Shown: positions 1 to 7,233, counted from the first letter of the stretch. The stretch is 13,146 bases of DNA from Promethearchaeota archaeon (GCA_048938445.1 JBHLME010000124.1:1-13146); one strand, 5' to 3'. Translations and numbers: made by a program. The notes: generated from the letters alone by a model not told the origin.

Positions 1-1004
1 CCAGCAGGATTTTGATGTAGAAAAAATTTTGTCCATTGTGTCCTTAAAAGCGGATATTCATTTTCATAACGCCACTTTCCCGTACCATTATCGTAGATCG
101 CTACTGGAGGATCGTCCATAATTTTTGTGTCTATACCTTTAAGCCAGTAATCAAACCATCTGAGTATTTCTTGGTTAATCCCCAAGTTTAAATCGACAAA
201 TAACATGTACATCACTGGAGCCTCTGGTAATACCATTAGTTTTTTTGTACTCTTGATTTTTGACCACGTAATAAGTTGTGAAGTTGTATGGATGTAGGTA
301 TGGGCTGCAATTACGCAGAATACGGGTACCTCAAGCTCATCAACACGCCTATCAGCACTTCTTTCCCAGTAATATGGTCCATCTTCAGGATAAAAATACC
401 AAGCACCAAGCCCATCGCCTGGTTGTTCCTTTCCGGGAACATTACTCGGCCATGCACAACTTTTAAGCGTCATTATTCCCCACATGTGCATAAAAGAAGA
501 ATTATAGAGTCCTCCCTGGTAGATAGCATTTCTGTATATATCAGTCATGCCATTAACGGGGACAATGCATTTAAGATGAGGGGGCTTCTGGCCTGCTACA
601 TAATATTGACTCATAGCAAGATAGGAACACCCCAACATGCCTACATTTCCATCACACCATGGCTGTTTGGCGATCCATTCCACAATATCATATCCATCTT
701 GTTGTTCCAATTCATCACCGAAGCTATACTTTCCTTGTGATAAGCCACTACCTCTTACTTGAGCATTGACTATTATATATCCTTTAGGAACATAGAAACT
801 AACATTGCCAACTTCCATTAATAATTCCTTTTTATATGGTGCTATCGACAGGATCACCGGCCATGGACCATCTCCCTCTGCTGGCTTGTATACATCCATT
901 GCAATCTTTATACTATCTCGCATCGTCGCATAATGATTTTTTTCAAGTAAAACCCCTGGAGGAGTTTCCCATGGATATATTATATTATCAAATTTTTCTT
1001 TCAA
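1..1004 (-). CDS. CocE/NonD-family (peptidase S15-like) alpha/beta serine hydrolase, 3' end outside window
   Basis: Not in the ORF track because it runs off the left edge. Manual translation from TTG 1004 (SD AAGAGGGG upstream) is open to base 1: ...HYATMRDSIKIAMDVYKPAEGDGPWPVILSIAPYKK...GYIIVNAQVRGSGLSQG...QDGYDIVEWIAKQPWCDGNVGMLGCSYLA...PPHLKCIVP...LRWFDYWLKG. These are CocE/NonD hallmark motifs including the GxSY nucleophile. Confidence 0.93.
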   Translation of the reverse strand, partial: MKEKFDNIIYPWETPPGVLLEKNHYATMRDSIKIAMDVYKPAEGDGPWPVILSIAPYKKELLMEVGNVSFYVPKGYIIVNAQVRGSGLSQGKYSFGDELEQQDGYDIVEWIAKQPWCDGNVGMLGCSYLAMSQYYVAGQKPPHLKCIVPVNGMTDIYRNAIYQGGLYNSSFMHMWGIMTLKSCAWPSNVPGKEQPGDGLGAWYFYPEDGPYYWERSADRRVDELEVPVFCVIAAHTYIHTTSQLITWSKIKSTKKLMVLPEAPVMYMLFVDLNLGINQEILRWFDYWLKGIDTKIMDDPPVAIYDNGTGKWRYENEYPLLRTQWTKFFLHQNPA

Positions 1005-1071
1005 AATTATTTCCCCTCTTTTTTTTATTTATTTTTTAAATAAAAAAATGCCTTCTTTTATTTATTTTAGA

Positions 1072-1130
1072 TACTGCTATACAAATTAAAAATATACTAT
1101 ATTTTTCGTATTAAATATTGTATAGCTGTA
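1072..1130. promoter_or_regulatory. Nested inverted repeats upstream of the CocE gene (candidate operator)
   Basis: TACTGCTATACAA (1072-1084) and TTGTATAGCTGTA (1118-1130) are complementary at 12/13 and enclose the palindrome AAAAATATA-C-TATATTTTT (1088-1106). Confidence 0.4.
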
Positions 1131-1276
1131 ATTAATATAAAAAGGAGTATTGCTCCCTTAAATAGTTTATGAAATACTTTATAAAATGAATTAAAATAAC
1201 TGTTGAATGGATACTTAATATTTTAATGAGTAATAAATAAGAAGAGAAATTATATTAACAGAGATTTTAAGGTATA

Positions 1277-1560
1277 ATGAAGTCTAATTGGATTATAATA
1301 ATAATATTTAATACTTGAAATTTTTTTTTGAATCCGGGGTTATTTATTTTTCACAACTTTTTTATGAGTCATTTTTATAAAGCATATAATCATCGATATT
1401 ATTGATCGTTGGTTTAGTGGGATTTTATGTTGCTCAATATTACTTCTTTGTAGCTATTAATCCTACAATCTTTGAGGTGATATTAATAGGTTTGATAAAT
1501 GGTCTTTTAATTCTTTTTGATTTAATTTTACTTCTTCTATTAAGTTTCAATTTTGATTAA
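1277..1560 (+). pseudogene. Probable decayed small membrane-protein gene
   Basis: ATG 1277 MKSNWIIIII, then after frame breaks ESGVIYFSQLFYESFL*SI*SSILLIVGLVGFYVAQYYFFVAINPTIFEVILIGLINGLLILFDLILLLLLSFNFD* ending TAA 1560. The last ~55 codons are open with two TM-like segments. Confidence 0.35.
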
Positions 1561-1747
1561 ATCATTTTAAAATATTAATTAATAAGAATATTGTAGAATA
1601 TTGTTTATTCTTTAAATATTCAACTCCTTAAAGACTTACCATTTTAAGTTGCGATTTTTTATTTTTAATGCAAGATTGAAGTTAAAATAATACATTATTC
1701 AATATATTAAATCAAAATTTACGTATATATGTAAAATAATACACATT

Positions 1748-1789
1748 TTCGATCTTCGATTTTCGATACATTTAAATATATTGTTCGAT
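1748..1789 (+). promoter_or_regulatory. TATA box with flanking TTCGAT repeats upstream of the small ORF-PadR-Hsp20 cluster
   Basis: TTCGAT at 1748, 1755 and 1762 (7-bp period), TTTAAATA at 1771-1778, fourth TTCGAT at 1784. Confidence 0.5.
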
Positions 1790-1862
1790 TTATGATATAT
1801 TGTAAATAAAACTTTTTAAAATTTACATCAGAGCATAAAATAAATATAAGAGGAAATTTAAT

Positions 1863-2051
1863 TTGATGGAAGTAATACAAATTGATAAGGACTATGTAAG
1901 AGATATTCTTGATGAATATAAGAGGGCAATTGACATCCTTGGATTGGCAGAGATTCTCCCATTAGAAGATCATAAACAAAAAATTGATAGAATTAAAAAA
2001 CTTGAACAATCTATTTTCAAACAATTAAAAACAATTATAGAAATAGTGTGA
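1863..2051 (+). CDS. Small helical hypothetical protein (start TTG 1863 or ATG 1866)
   Basis: AGAGG SD upstream; charged amphipathic 62 aa; 13 bp before padR, consistent with co-transcription. Confidence 0.7.
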   Translation: MMEVIQIDKDYVRDILDEYKRAIDILGLAEILPLEDHKQKIDRIKKLEQSIFKQLKTIIEIV

Positions 2052-2064
2052 GTGTGGAAATTAT

Positions 2065-2712
2065 ATGTTTTTCGGCAAGCGTTTCATGGGTCACGGAATG
2101 TCTGAACATCTATCAGGATTGGATGTATTAGTACTCTCAATCATAAAAAATAATCCAAAAATATCTGGTTATGATATAAGTCAAAAAATTAATGAAAAAT
2201 TTAAGGGGATGTATAAAGCATCGGCAGGCACCATATATCCCCTTTTAAATCGTCTCATGGAGAAAAAATATCTGCAAGCAGAAGAAATTTTAGAACATAA
2301 TCGTCAAAAGAAGATTTATGTTGTAACTGAAGAGGGTATTGAAAGATTGAAGGAGGTATTAGAGGGCAATTTACGTCATTCAATTGATACTTTAGGTGAT
2401 TTTGTCAAAACAGTAATAAAGGCATTTCCAGTAAGAGTGAATTTCGATGATTGTTTTTGTGGATGGCCATCACAAGATATGACTGAAGAAATCGAAATAG
2501 ATGAGGAAATGTATACATTAGAAAACATTGAAAAAGTAAAGAGAATTCTTGAACGATTAGAGGTCGCAAAAAAGAGACATCAGAGAAGAGTGAAACGCAT
2601 AACTAAACAAATTGAAAAATATAATCAAATCCTGGGAAATTTAGAAGAAGGCCGAAAAAAAGCAAAACCAATAGAGATCGTTGATGATGATGAAGAATTT
2701 GATAATTTTTAA
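2065..2712 (+). CDS. PadR-family winged-helix transcriptional regulator with C-terminal coiled coil and acidic tail
   Basis: SGYDI...SAGTIYPLLNRL...RQKKIYVVTEEG is the PadR signature. Confidence 0.92.
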   Translation: MFFGKRFMGHGMSEHLSGLDVLVLSIIKNNPKISGYDISQKINEKFKGMYKASAGTIYPLLNRLMEKKYLQAEEILEHNRQKKIYVVTEEGIERLKEVLEGNLRHSIDTLGDFVKTVIKAFPVRVNFDDCFCGWPSQDMTEEIEIDEEMYTLENIEKVKRILERLEVAKKRHQRRVKRITKQIEKYNQILGNLEEGRKKAKPIEIVDDDEEFDNF

Positions 2713-2784
2713 AAAAGAAAAATGTTCTACAATATCTTTAAAATAATAGAAATATAGTGAAATACAAAAAAAGAGGTAAAAAAA

Positions 2785-3306
2785 ATGTGTAATGAGAATT
2801 TTTATGGTAGCACGGGTAGTAGGTCACATAAAACCGGGCATCATAAGCACGGACACCCTGAATTTTTATTTGGTGCTTGTTCACCATTCATGGGTAATGA
2901 ATTTAAAGCAATAGGACACATGGTACGTAATTGCTTGGGTGGTTTTATGGAACAATATAAAGGGTGGGTTCCATATAACCTAGAAGACAAGGGGGACCAT
3001 TACCTGATATTAGTCCCATTATCAGGTCGCACAAAAGAAGAAGTAAAGGTTTCATTAATAAATAATACCTTAAATATCACTGCTGAGAAACCCCAATTTA
3101 CTGAAGAAGAGGAAAAAAGTAAAAAACAAGAAATTCCGTTCATTAAAAACTTCTTCGCATTTGTTGACGTGAATCTTGATATTCCTTTACCAGCGGATGC
3201 CAATAATGAAGCAATTAAATCAATAATGCAAAATGGGCTGCTAAAAGTAAAAGTAGGTAAAAAACCACCAAGGAACATAAATATCAATGAAGAACAAAAT
3301 AATTAA
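2785..3306 (+). CDS. hsp20: Hsp20/alpha-crystallin small heat-shock protein with His/Cys-rich N-terminus
   Basis: YNLEDKGDHYLILVPLSGRTKEEVKVSL...LPADAN...MQNGLLKVKVGK and C-terminal IxI motif (INI); SD GAGGTA 6 nt before ATG. Confidence 0.88.
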   Translation: MCNENFYGSTGSRSHKTGHHKHGHPEFLFGACSPFMGNEFKAIGHMVRNCLGGFMEQYKGWVPYNLEDKGDHYLILVPLSGRTKEEVKVSLINNTLNITAEKPQFTEEEEKSKKQEIPFIKNFFAFVDVNLDIPLPADANNEAIKSIMQNGLLKVKVGKKPPRNININEEQNN

Positions 3307-3318
3307 ATGAAAATAAGC

Positions 3319-3384
3319 GGAGCGCTTTAGAACTAAATATTGCATCTATGGGAAGTTGCGAAACTTAAAATTCTAAAGCACACC
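3319..3384 (+). other. Structured element 3' of hsp20 (long stem enclosing a GNRA hairpin)
   Basis: GGAGCGCTTTAGAA (3319-3332) pairs with TTCTAAAGCACACC (3371-3384) at 12/14; internal AAGTT-GCGA-AACTT (3353-3366). Confidence 0.5.
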
Positions 3385-3394
3385 AATTATTGTA

Positions 3395-3419
3395 TTTTTT
3401 TTTTCTTTTTATATTTTTT
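3395..3419 (+). terminator. Oligo-T archaeal-type terminator after hsp20
   Basis: T10-C-T5 and further T runs directly after the hairpin. Confidence 0.55.
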
Positions 3420-3506
3420 AATTTACATATTTCTGATTTTTAAAAGATTTTTTTTTGTATTTTAAATTTTACTAATTAATCGTTAAAACATACTATATCG
3501 ATTTTC

Positions 3507-3534
3507 ATAGGGTATAACCCTATAAATTTAAATA
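3507..3534 (+). promoter_or_regulatory. Palindrome plus TATA box upstream of 3562 gene
   Basis: ATAGGGT-ATA-ACCCTAT perfect 7-bp inverted repeat (3507-3523), then TTTAAATA (3527-3534). Confidence 0.45.
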
Positions 3535-3561
3535 AACAAAATTGCATTGTTACACTTAGTA

Positions 3562-3924
3562 ATGGCTGAAGATAAAATGGGACAAGATATTGATTCAGAA
3601 AACATTGACTTAATCATTAATGATTTGAAAAACTCTTTCGATAATCTTGAACACGGTAATCTTGACCAAACACAAGGTTTTCAATTAAAACTAGCAAAAA
3701 CTATAGCTTCACTAAGACAATTAAAAGTTTCAAAAATCGAAGATAATACTCTCATATCGAATAGGGAAGATGATGAAACTTCAAAAAATTTTCTTTTAAA
3801 TCAATTAGATTATTTTCTTTACTTATTAGAACAGCTAGATGGTTCTGGTGCTGAAACTCAAAGAAAAAAGTTTGATCTCATAATGAAAATTGCCAAGCTA
3901 AGAGAGAAGATTAGGGAATTCTAA
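3562..3924 (+). CDS. Helical hypothetical protein
   Basis: Track ORF 3547-3924; ATG 3562 preferred because it lies ~28 nt after the TATA box (near-leaderless). Amphipathic helices, no recognised motif. Confidence 0.72.
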   Translation: MAEDKMGQDIDSENIDLIINDLKNSFDNLEHGNLDQTQGFQLKLAKTIASLRQLKVSKIEDNTLISNREDDETSKNFLLNQLDYFLYLLEQLDGSGAETQRKKFDLIMKIAKLREKIREF

Positions 3925-3926
3925 AT

Positions 3927-3937
3927 AAAGAAAAAGA
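3927..3937 (-). terminator. TCTTTTTCTTT terminator motif (same 11-mer at 4873-4883 and 5939-5949)
   Basis: Identical U-rich 11-mer 2, 3 and 12 nt downstream of three consecutive minus-strand stop codons. Confidence 0.55.
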
Positions 3938-3939
3938 AA

Positions 3940-4752
3940 TTAAATTAGTAGATATTTATTTTCATATAGGGCTTTAAAATGCTTTTTAAGCTTTTTTACG
4001 TTTTCTAAATTATAATTATTTTTATCAATTATAATCGCAACCATTCTTTTATAAAATAATTTCTGTTCTGGAATATGATAAAATCCCACTTCTATAATTA
4101 ATGCAAGCATGGCAAAAAGAGATAACCATTCAGAAAATACTGCGATTCTAGAATCCAAATCAATAGAAAACGCGGGAACAATTGAAATAATTAAATGAAA
4201 GCATAAAAATCCCGTCGTGATGAGAGCAAATAAAGCCTGAACTTTTTTGCTGCCTTTGGTTATTAATATTAAGACTGCATACAAAATACTTGATAATAGC
4301 CCACTAATAAAAAAAGTAAATGCAGCTATTGAATGAAGAATTACTATTTCATAGGGAAATAATGCTACAAGGAATAGCCCTAAACAAGTTCCAATAGTTG
4401 ATAGAAAAAATAGATCTGTTAAAATCTTTTTTGCACCTCTTTTCCTAAAGTCTTTTATAAAGTACATGTAGAATAAAAATAAAAGAACACTTGTTATGCA
4501 AATTCCTGCATTAAATATAATGTTAGAGCCGTTTGGACCCGCTCCCAAATGGCTAATCCAATGAGTAAATAATGAAAAAGAGGGATCTACTGAAATATAT
4601 AAAATGAATGAGATCAATAAAGCAGTTAAACTATTAATTACTGCTGCAAAGCCAAAGGAGGTTGCTGGAACGACTTTATATATCGGTTCCATACGTTCTA
4701 GGAAGGTTTCAATTATATTATCAAAAAAACCTAATTTATAACATACATTCAT
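3940..4752 (-). CDS. DUF998 / Frag1-like clan multi-pass membrane protein, paralog A
   Basis: About 6 TM segments; FSLFTHWISHLGAGP...IFN resembles the DUF998 'ISxLG' motif; conserved LHS and SEW. Confidence 0.78.
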   Translation of the reverse strand: MNVCYKLGFFDNIIETFLERMEPIYKVVPATSFGFAAVINSLTALLISFILYISVDPSFSLFTHWISHLGAGPNGSNIIFNAGICITSVLLFLFYMYFIKDFRKRGAKKILTDLFFLSTIGTCLGLFLVALFPYEIVILHSIAAFTFFISGLLSSILYAVLILITKGSKKVQALFALITTGFLCFHLIISIVPAFSIDLDSRIAVFSEWLSLFAMLALIIEVGFYHIPEQKLFYKRMVAIIIDKNNYNLENVKKLKKHFKALYENKYLLI

Positions 4753-4886
4753 AAATATTTATAATCTTTTTTTTAAATTTAGGAAGGATGCAAAAAAAAT
4801 AAATTTAGCTAATTCAGTTCTATAAAATTTTAGAAATAAATTATGTTTGATTATATAATTAAATCATTAAAGAAAGAAAAAGAAAA

Positions 4887-5702
4887 TCAAATTAATATAT
4901 GTTTTTTATGATGAAGAGATTTAATAAACTTTCTTAGTTTCATAATATTGCTATTATTTAATTTATGATTATTATCAATCACGTGATTAGCTAATTGTTT
5001 ATAAAATAATTTTTTTTCCGTAATATGATAAAAACCAGTTTCTATGATTAATACGATCATTGCAAAAAGTGTCAACCATTCAGAGAATACTGCAATTCCA
5101 ATGTATAATTCAGAAGAGAATGCTATCATGATTGAACTAATTAAATGAAAGAAAAAAAATCCTGAAACGATAAATGCAAATATTGCTTGTATTTTATGAG
5201 TCCCTTTGGTAGTCAATATAATAATAGCATATAAACTACATGATATGAGACCACTAAAAAAGAAAATAAAAGCAGCAGTTGAATGAAGATATACTATATC
5301 ATAGGGAAAAAATGCTACAAATAATAATCCCAAAGTTGTACCAATTGATGATATAAAAAAAACATCAAGCAAATATTTGTTTGCTCCTTTTTTTCTAAAT
5401 TCTTTTATAAAATACATGTAAAAAAGGAATAAAAGAAAACTAGTAATGCTAATTCCTATATTAAATACTATATTTGAGCCATTTGGACCCGCTCCCAAAT
5501 GACTAATCCAATGGGTAAATATTGTAAATGTAGGATCAACTGAAATATATAAAATGAATGATATTATGACCGCGAGAGATGCAACAGTTGCTCCAAAAAA
5601 CCCAAAAGAATTCCCTGGGACAACTTGAAATATTGGATCAATGTGATTGAGAAAATCATCAATCTTTTCATCAAAAACATCGAAAATTTCATAATCACTC
5701 AT
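4887..5702 (-). CDS. DUF998 / Frag1-like clan multi-pass membrane protein, paralog B
   Basis: Colinear with 3940-4752 (FTHWISHLGAGPNGSNI identical); SD GGGGTGA 7 nt before ATG. Confidence 0.78.
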   Translation of the reverse strand: MSDYEIFDVFDEKIDDFLNHIDPIFQVVPGNSFGFFGATVASLAVIISFILYISVDPTFTIFTHWISHLGAGPNGSNIVFNIGISITSFLLFLFYMYFIKEFRKKGANKYLLDVFFISSIGTTLGLLFVAFFPYDIVYLHSTAAFIFFFSGLISCSLYAIIILTTKGTHKIQAIFAFIVSGFFFFHLISSIMIAFSSELYIGIAVFSEWLTLFAMIVLIIETGFYHITEKKLFYKQLANHVIDNNHKLNNSNIMKLRKFIKSLHHKKHILI

Positions 5703-5961
5703 ATTTTCATCACCCCTAAAATTTGGATATCATATAATTACCCATATCCATCCAAAACAAGAAAATTTACCTTGAAAAATTCTTCCTTTTTAAAGTATAA
5801 GGAGTTGCGACAATACGAACAATTAGAAAGTAAGTTAAAAATATTAACAAAAATGGAATATTTTAAAAATAAATCATAATACGGCTACAAATTGAATAGC
5901 CCTTATAAAATATAAATTAGGTAATTAGATTTTAATATAAAGAAAAAGATATTATAATTTA

Positions 5962-6777
5962 TTAAATGATTCTTCGAGGAAAACGACCCCAAATAGGGCC
6001 AGGGATCCCTCCCGGAAACCTACGGCCAAAAGGGCGCCCGAAACCACCAATAAATGCATTCCTTCCGTGATGATCATGTAAAGTATTATCAATACTAAGC
6101 ACAAATCCCAATAATATACGCCGGTCTGTTTGATTATCATGAATTCTTAAAGCATAGGTATCCTTGTAATCAAATAATCCACCTAAAAATATATCTCTCC
6201 AGCGATCTGCTTTTTCTATTTCTGCTACAAGTTTGCCTGTGGCACACTCCGTAACTTTAAAAGACCATCCAAAAAAATTCCCGTCAGCTTCATACCATCT
6301 ATTTCCAAATGGATCTTCCAAAAAGAATTTGTTGCGAAAGAATGTCAATATTTTTTTCTTAATACGAGCGATAACATTACCTTCTGGATCCATTAAAGTT
6401 TGAGCTTCTCTAGCGCTTAAGATCTTTTCATGTATCACTGCTGCGACGGTCCCATCTGTTTCTTGTAGTTCAACTCTCCTTCTCACACTGAAGATCTTTC
6501 GATTCATCTTACCAACTAAATACCCTTGTTCATCCAGGATATCTCCAAATCCCATATCCCAAACTGTCTCTTTAATGATATAATAATTACGATTAATATC
6601 AAACAAGTTTCCTGATGCAATAGGTCTTGAAGTTTGTTGTTGTACCATTGCATTATTAGACATGTTATCTTGGGATTCTGAACTTGAAGGTAAAGTCGGT
6701 AGTTTAGCACCACATTTTTCACAATAGAAAATATTTTCTTTTTCTGGAATTTGGGCTCCACATTCAGTACAATATAT
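5962..6777 (-). CDS. Zinc-ribbon + LURP-one-related/scramblase (Tubby C-terminal-like) protein with Gly/Pro/Arg-rich tail
   Basis: Track ORF 5962-6663 shows the LURP-one pattern (ILDEQGYLVGKMNRKIFS...IARIKKKILTF...DTYALRI...LLGFVLSID). The frame extends upstream through YCTECGAQIPEKENIFYCEKCGAKL to a stop at 6784-6786; proposed start ATA 6777. Confidence 0.82.
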   Translation of the reverse strand: MYCTECGAQIPEKENIFYCEKCGAKLPTLPSSSESQDNMSNNAMVQQQTSRPIASGNLFDINRNYYIIKETVWDMGFGDILDEQGYLVGKMNRKIFSVRRRVELQETDGTVAAVIHEKILSAREAQTLMDPEGNVIARIKKKILTFFRNKFFLEDPFGNRWYEADGNFFGWSFKVTECATGKLVAEIEKADRWRDIFLGGLFDYKDTYALRIHDNQTDRRILLGFVLSIDNTLHDHHGRNAFIGGFGRPFGRRFPGGIPGPIWGRFPRRII

Positions 6778-6976
6778 TATAATTCACTTCTTTTTTAATA
6801 GTATTCAATTAATATTTAATTAAGAAATAAAAACTTTCTCTTATAAAGGTTTTATAGTCCAGTTACTGATTATTGAATTTTAAGGTATATTATGCTTATA
6901 TTACATTGAATTAAATGATTAGAAGTCATTTTCTAATTATAAAAATAAATGTCAAAATGGGGTTTTACAACTAGAC

Positions 6977-7132
6977 ATGAAACTCATCACATGCCATATA
7001 CCTGAAGCTTACATTTCTGGAATAGAGGAATTAGTTAGCCAGAACATGTATCCGAACCGATCGGAGGTGATTCGCGTAGCGATACGCGATTTATTAAAAA
7101 GTGAACTAAGCACAATCCTCCGCAAGGAATAA
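6977..7132 (+). CDS. CopG/MetJ-type ribbon-helix-helix regulator, CdrS-like
   Basis: Not in the track (51 aa): MKLITCHIPEAYISGIEELVSQNMYPNRSEVIRVAIRDLLKSELSTILRKE. The (Y/F)PNRSExIRxAxRDLL motif is typical of archaeal CdrS-type RHH proteins. Confidence 0.88.
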   Translation: MKLITCHIPEAYISGIEELVSQNMYPNRSEVIRVAIRDLLKSELSTILRKE

Positions 7133-7135
7133 TCA

Positions 7136-7158
7136 TTTTATTTTTTTCTCTTTTTTTT
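7136..7158 (+). terminator. Oligo-T terminator after RHH gene
   Basis: Two T8 runs immediately after TAA 7132. Confidence 0.55.
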
Positions 7159-7233
7159 AATGAATTTTTCCTAAGAAAGATTAAATCTACTCATATATCA
7201 AAATTTTTTTTCGAGTGAACATTTTTAATTTTA

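Noticed and set aside
278-1039. Plus-strand ORFs 278-466, 288-740, 836-1039
   Set aside because: Antisense shadows of the motif-rich CocE gene on the minus strand.
2049-2064. TGA readthrough fusing the small ORF to PadR
   Set aside because: PadR is in a different frame and the readthrough frame stops again shortly after.
3307-3385. hsp20 3' structure as tRNA, SECIS or hammerhead ribozyme
   Set aside because: No D/T-loop consensus and the terminal CC is paired; no in-frame TGA in upstream genes and no AUGA/GA quartet geometry; CGAAAC present but no CUGANGA core.
1647-5810. AGTTGCGA in three intergenic regions (1647, 3354, 5803)
   Set aside because: Inconsistent position relative to genes, and GTTGCGA also occurs inside coding regions; not distinguishable from chance by eye.
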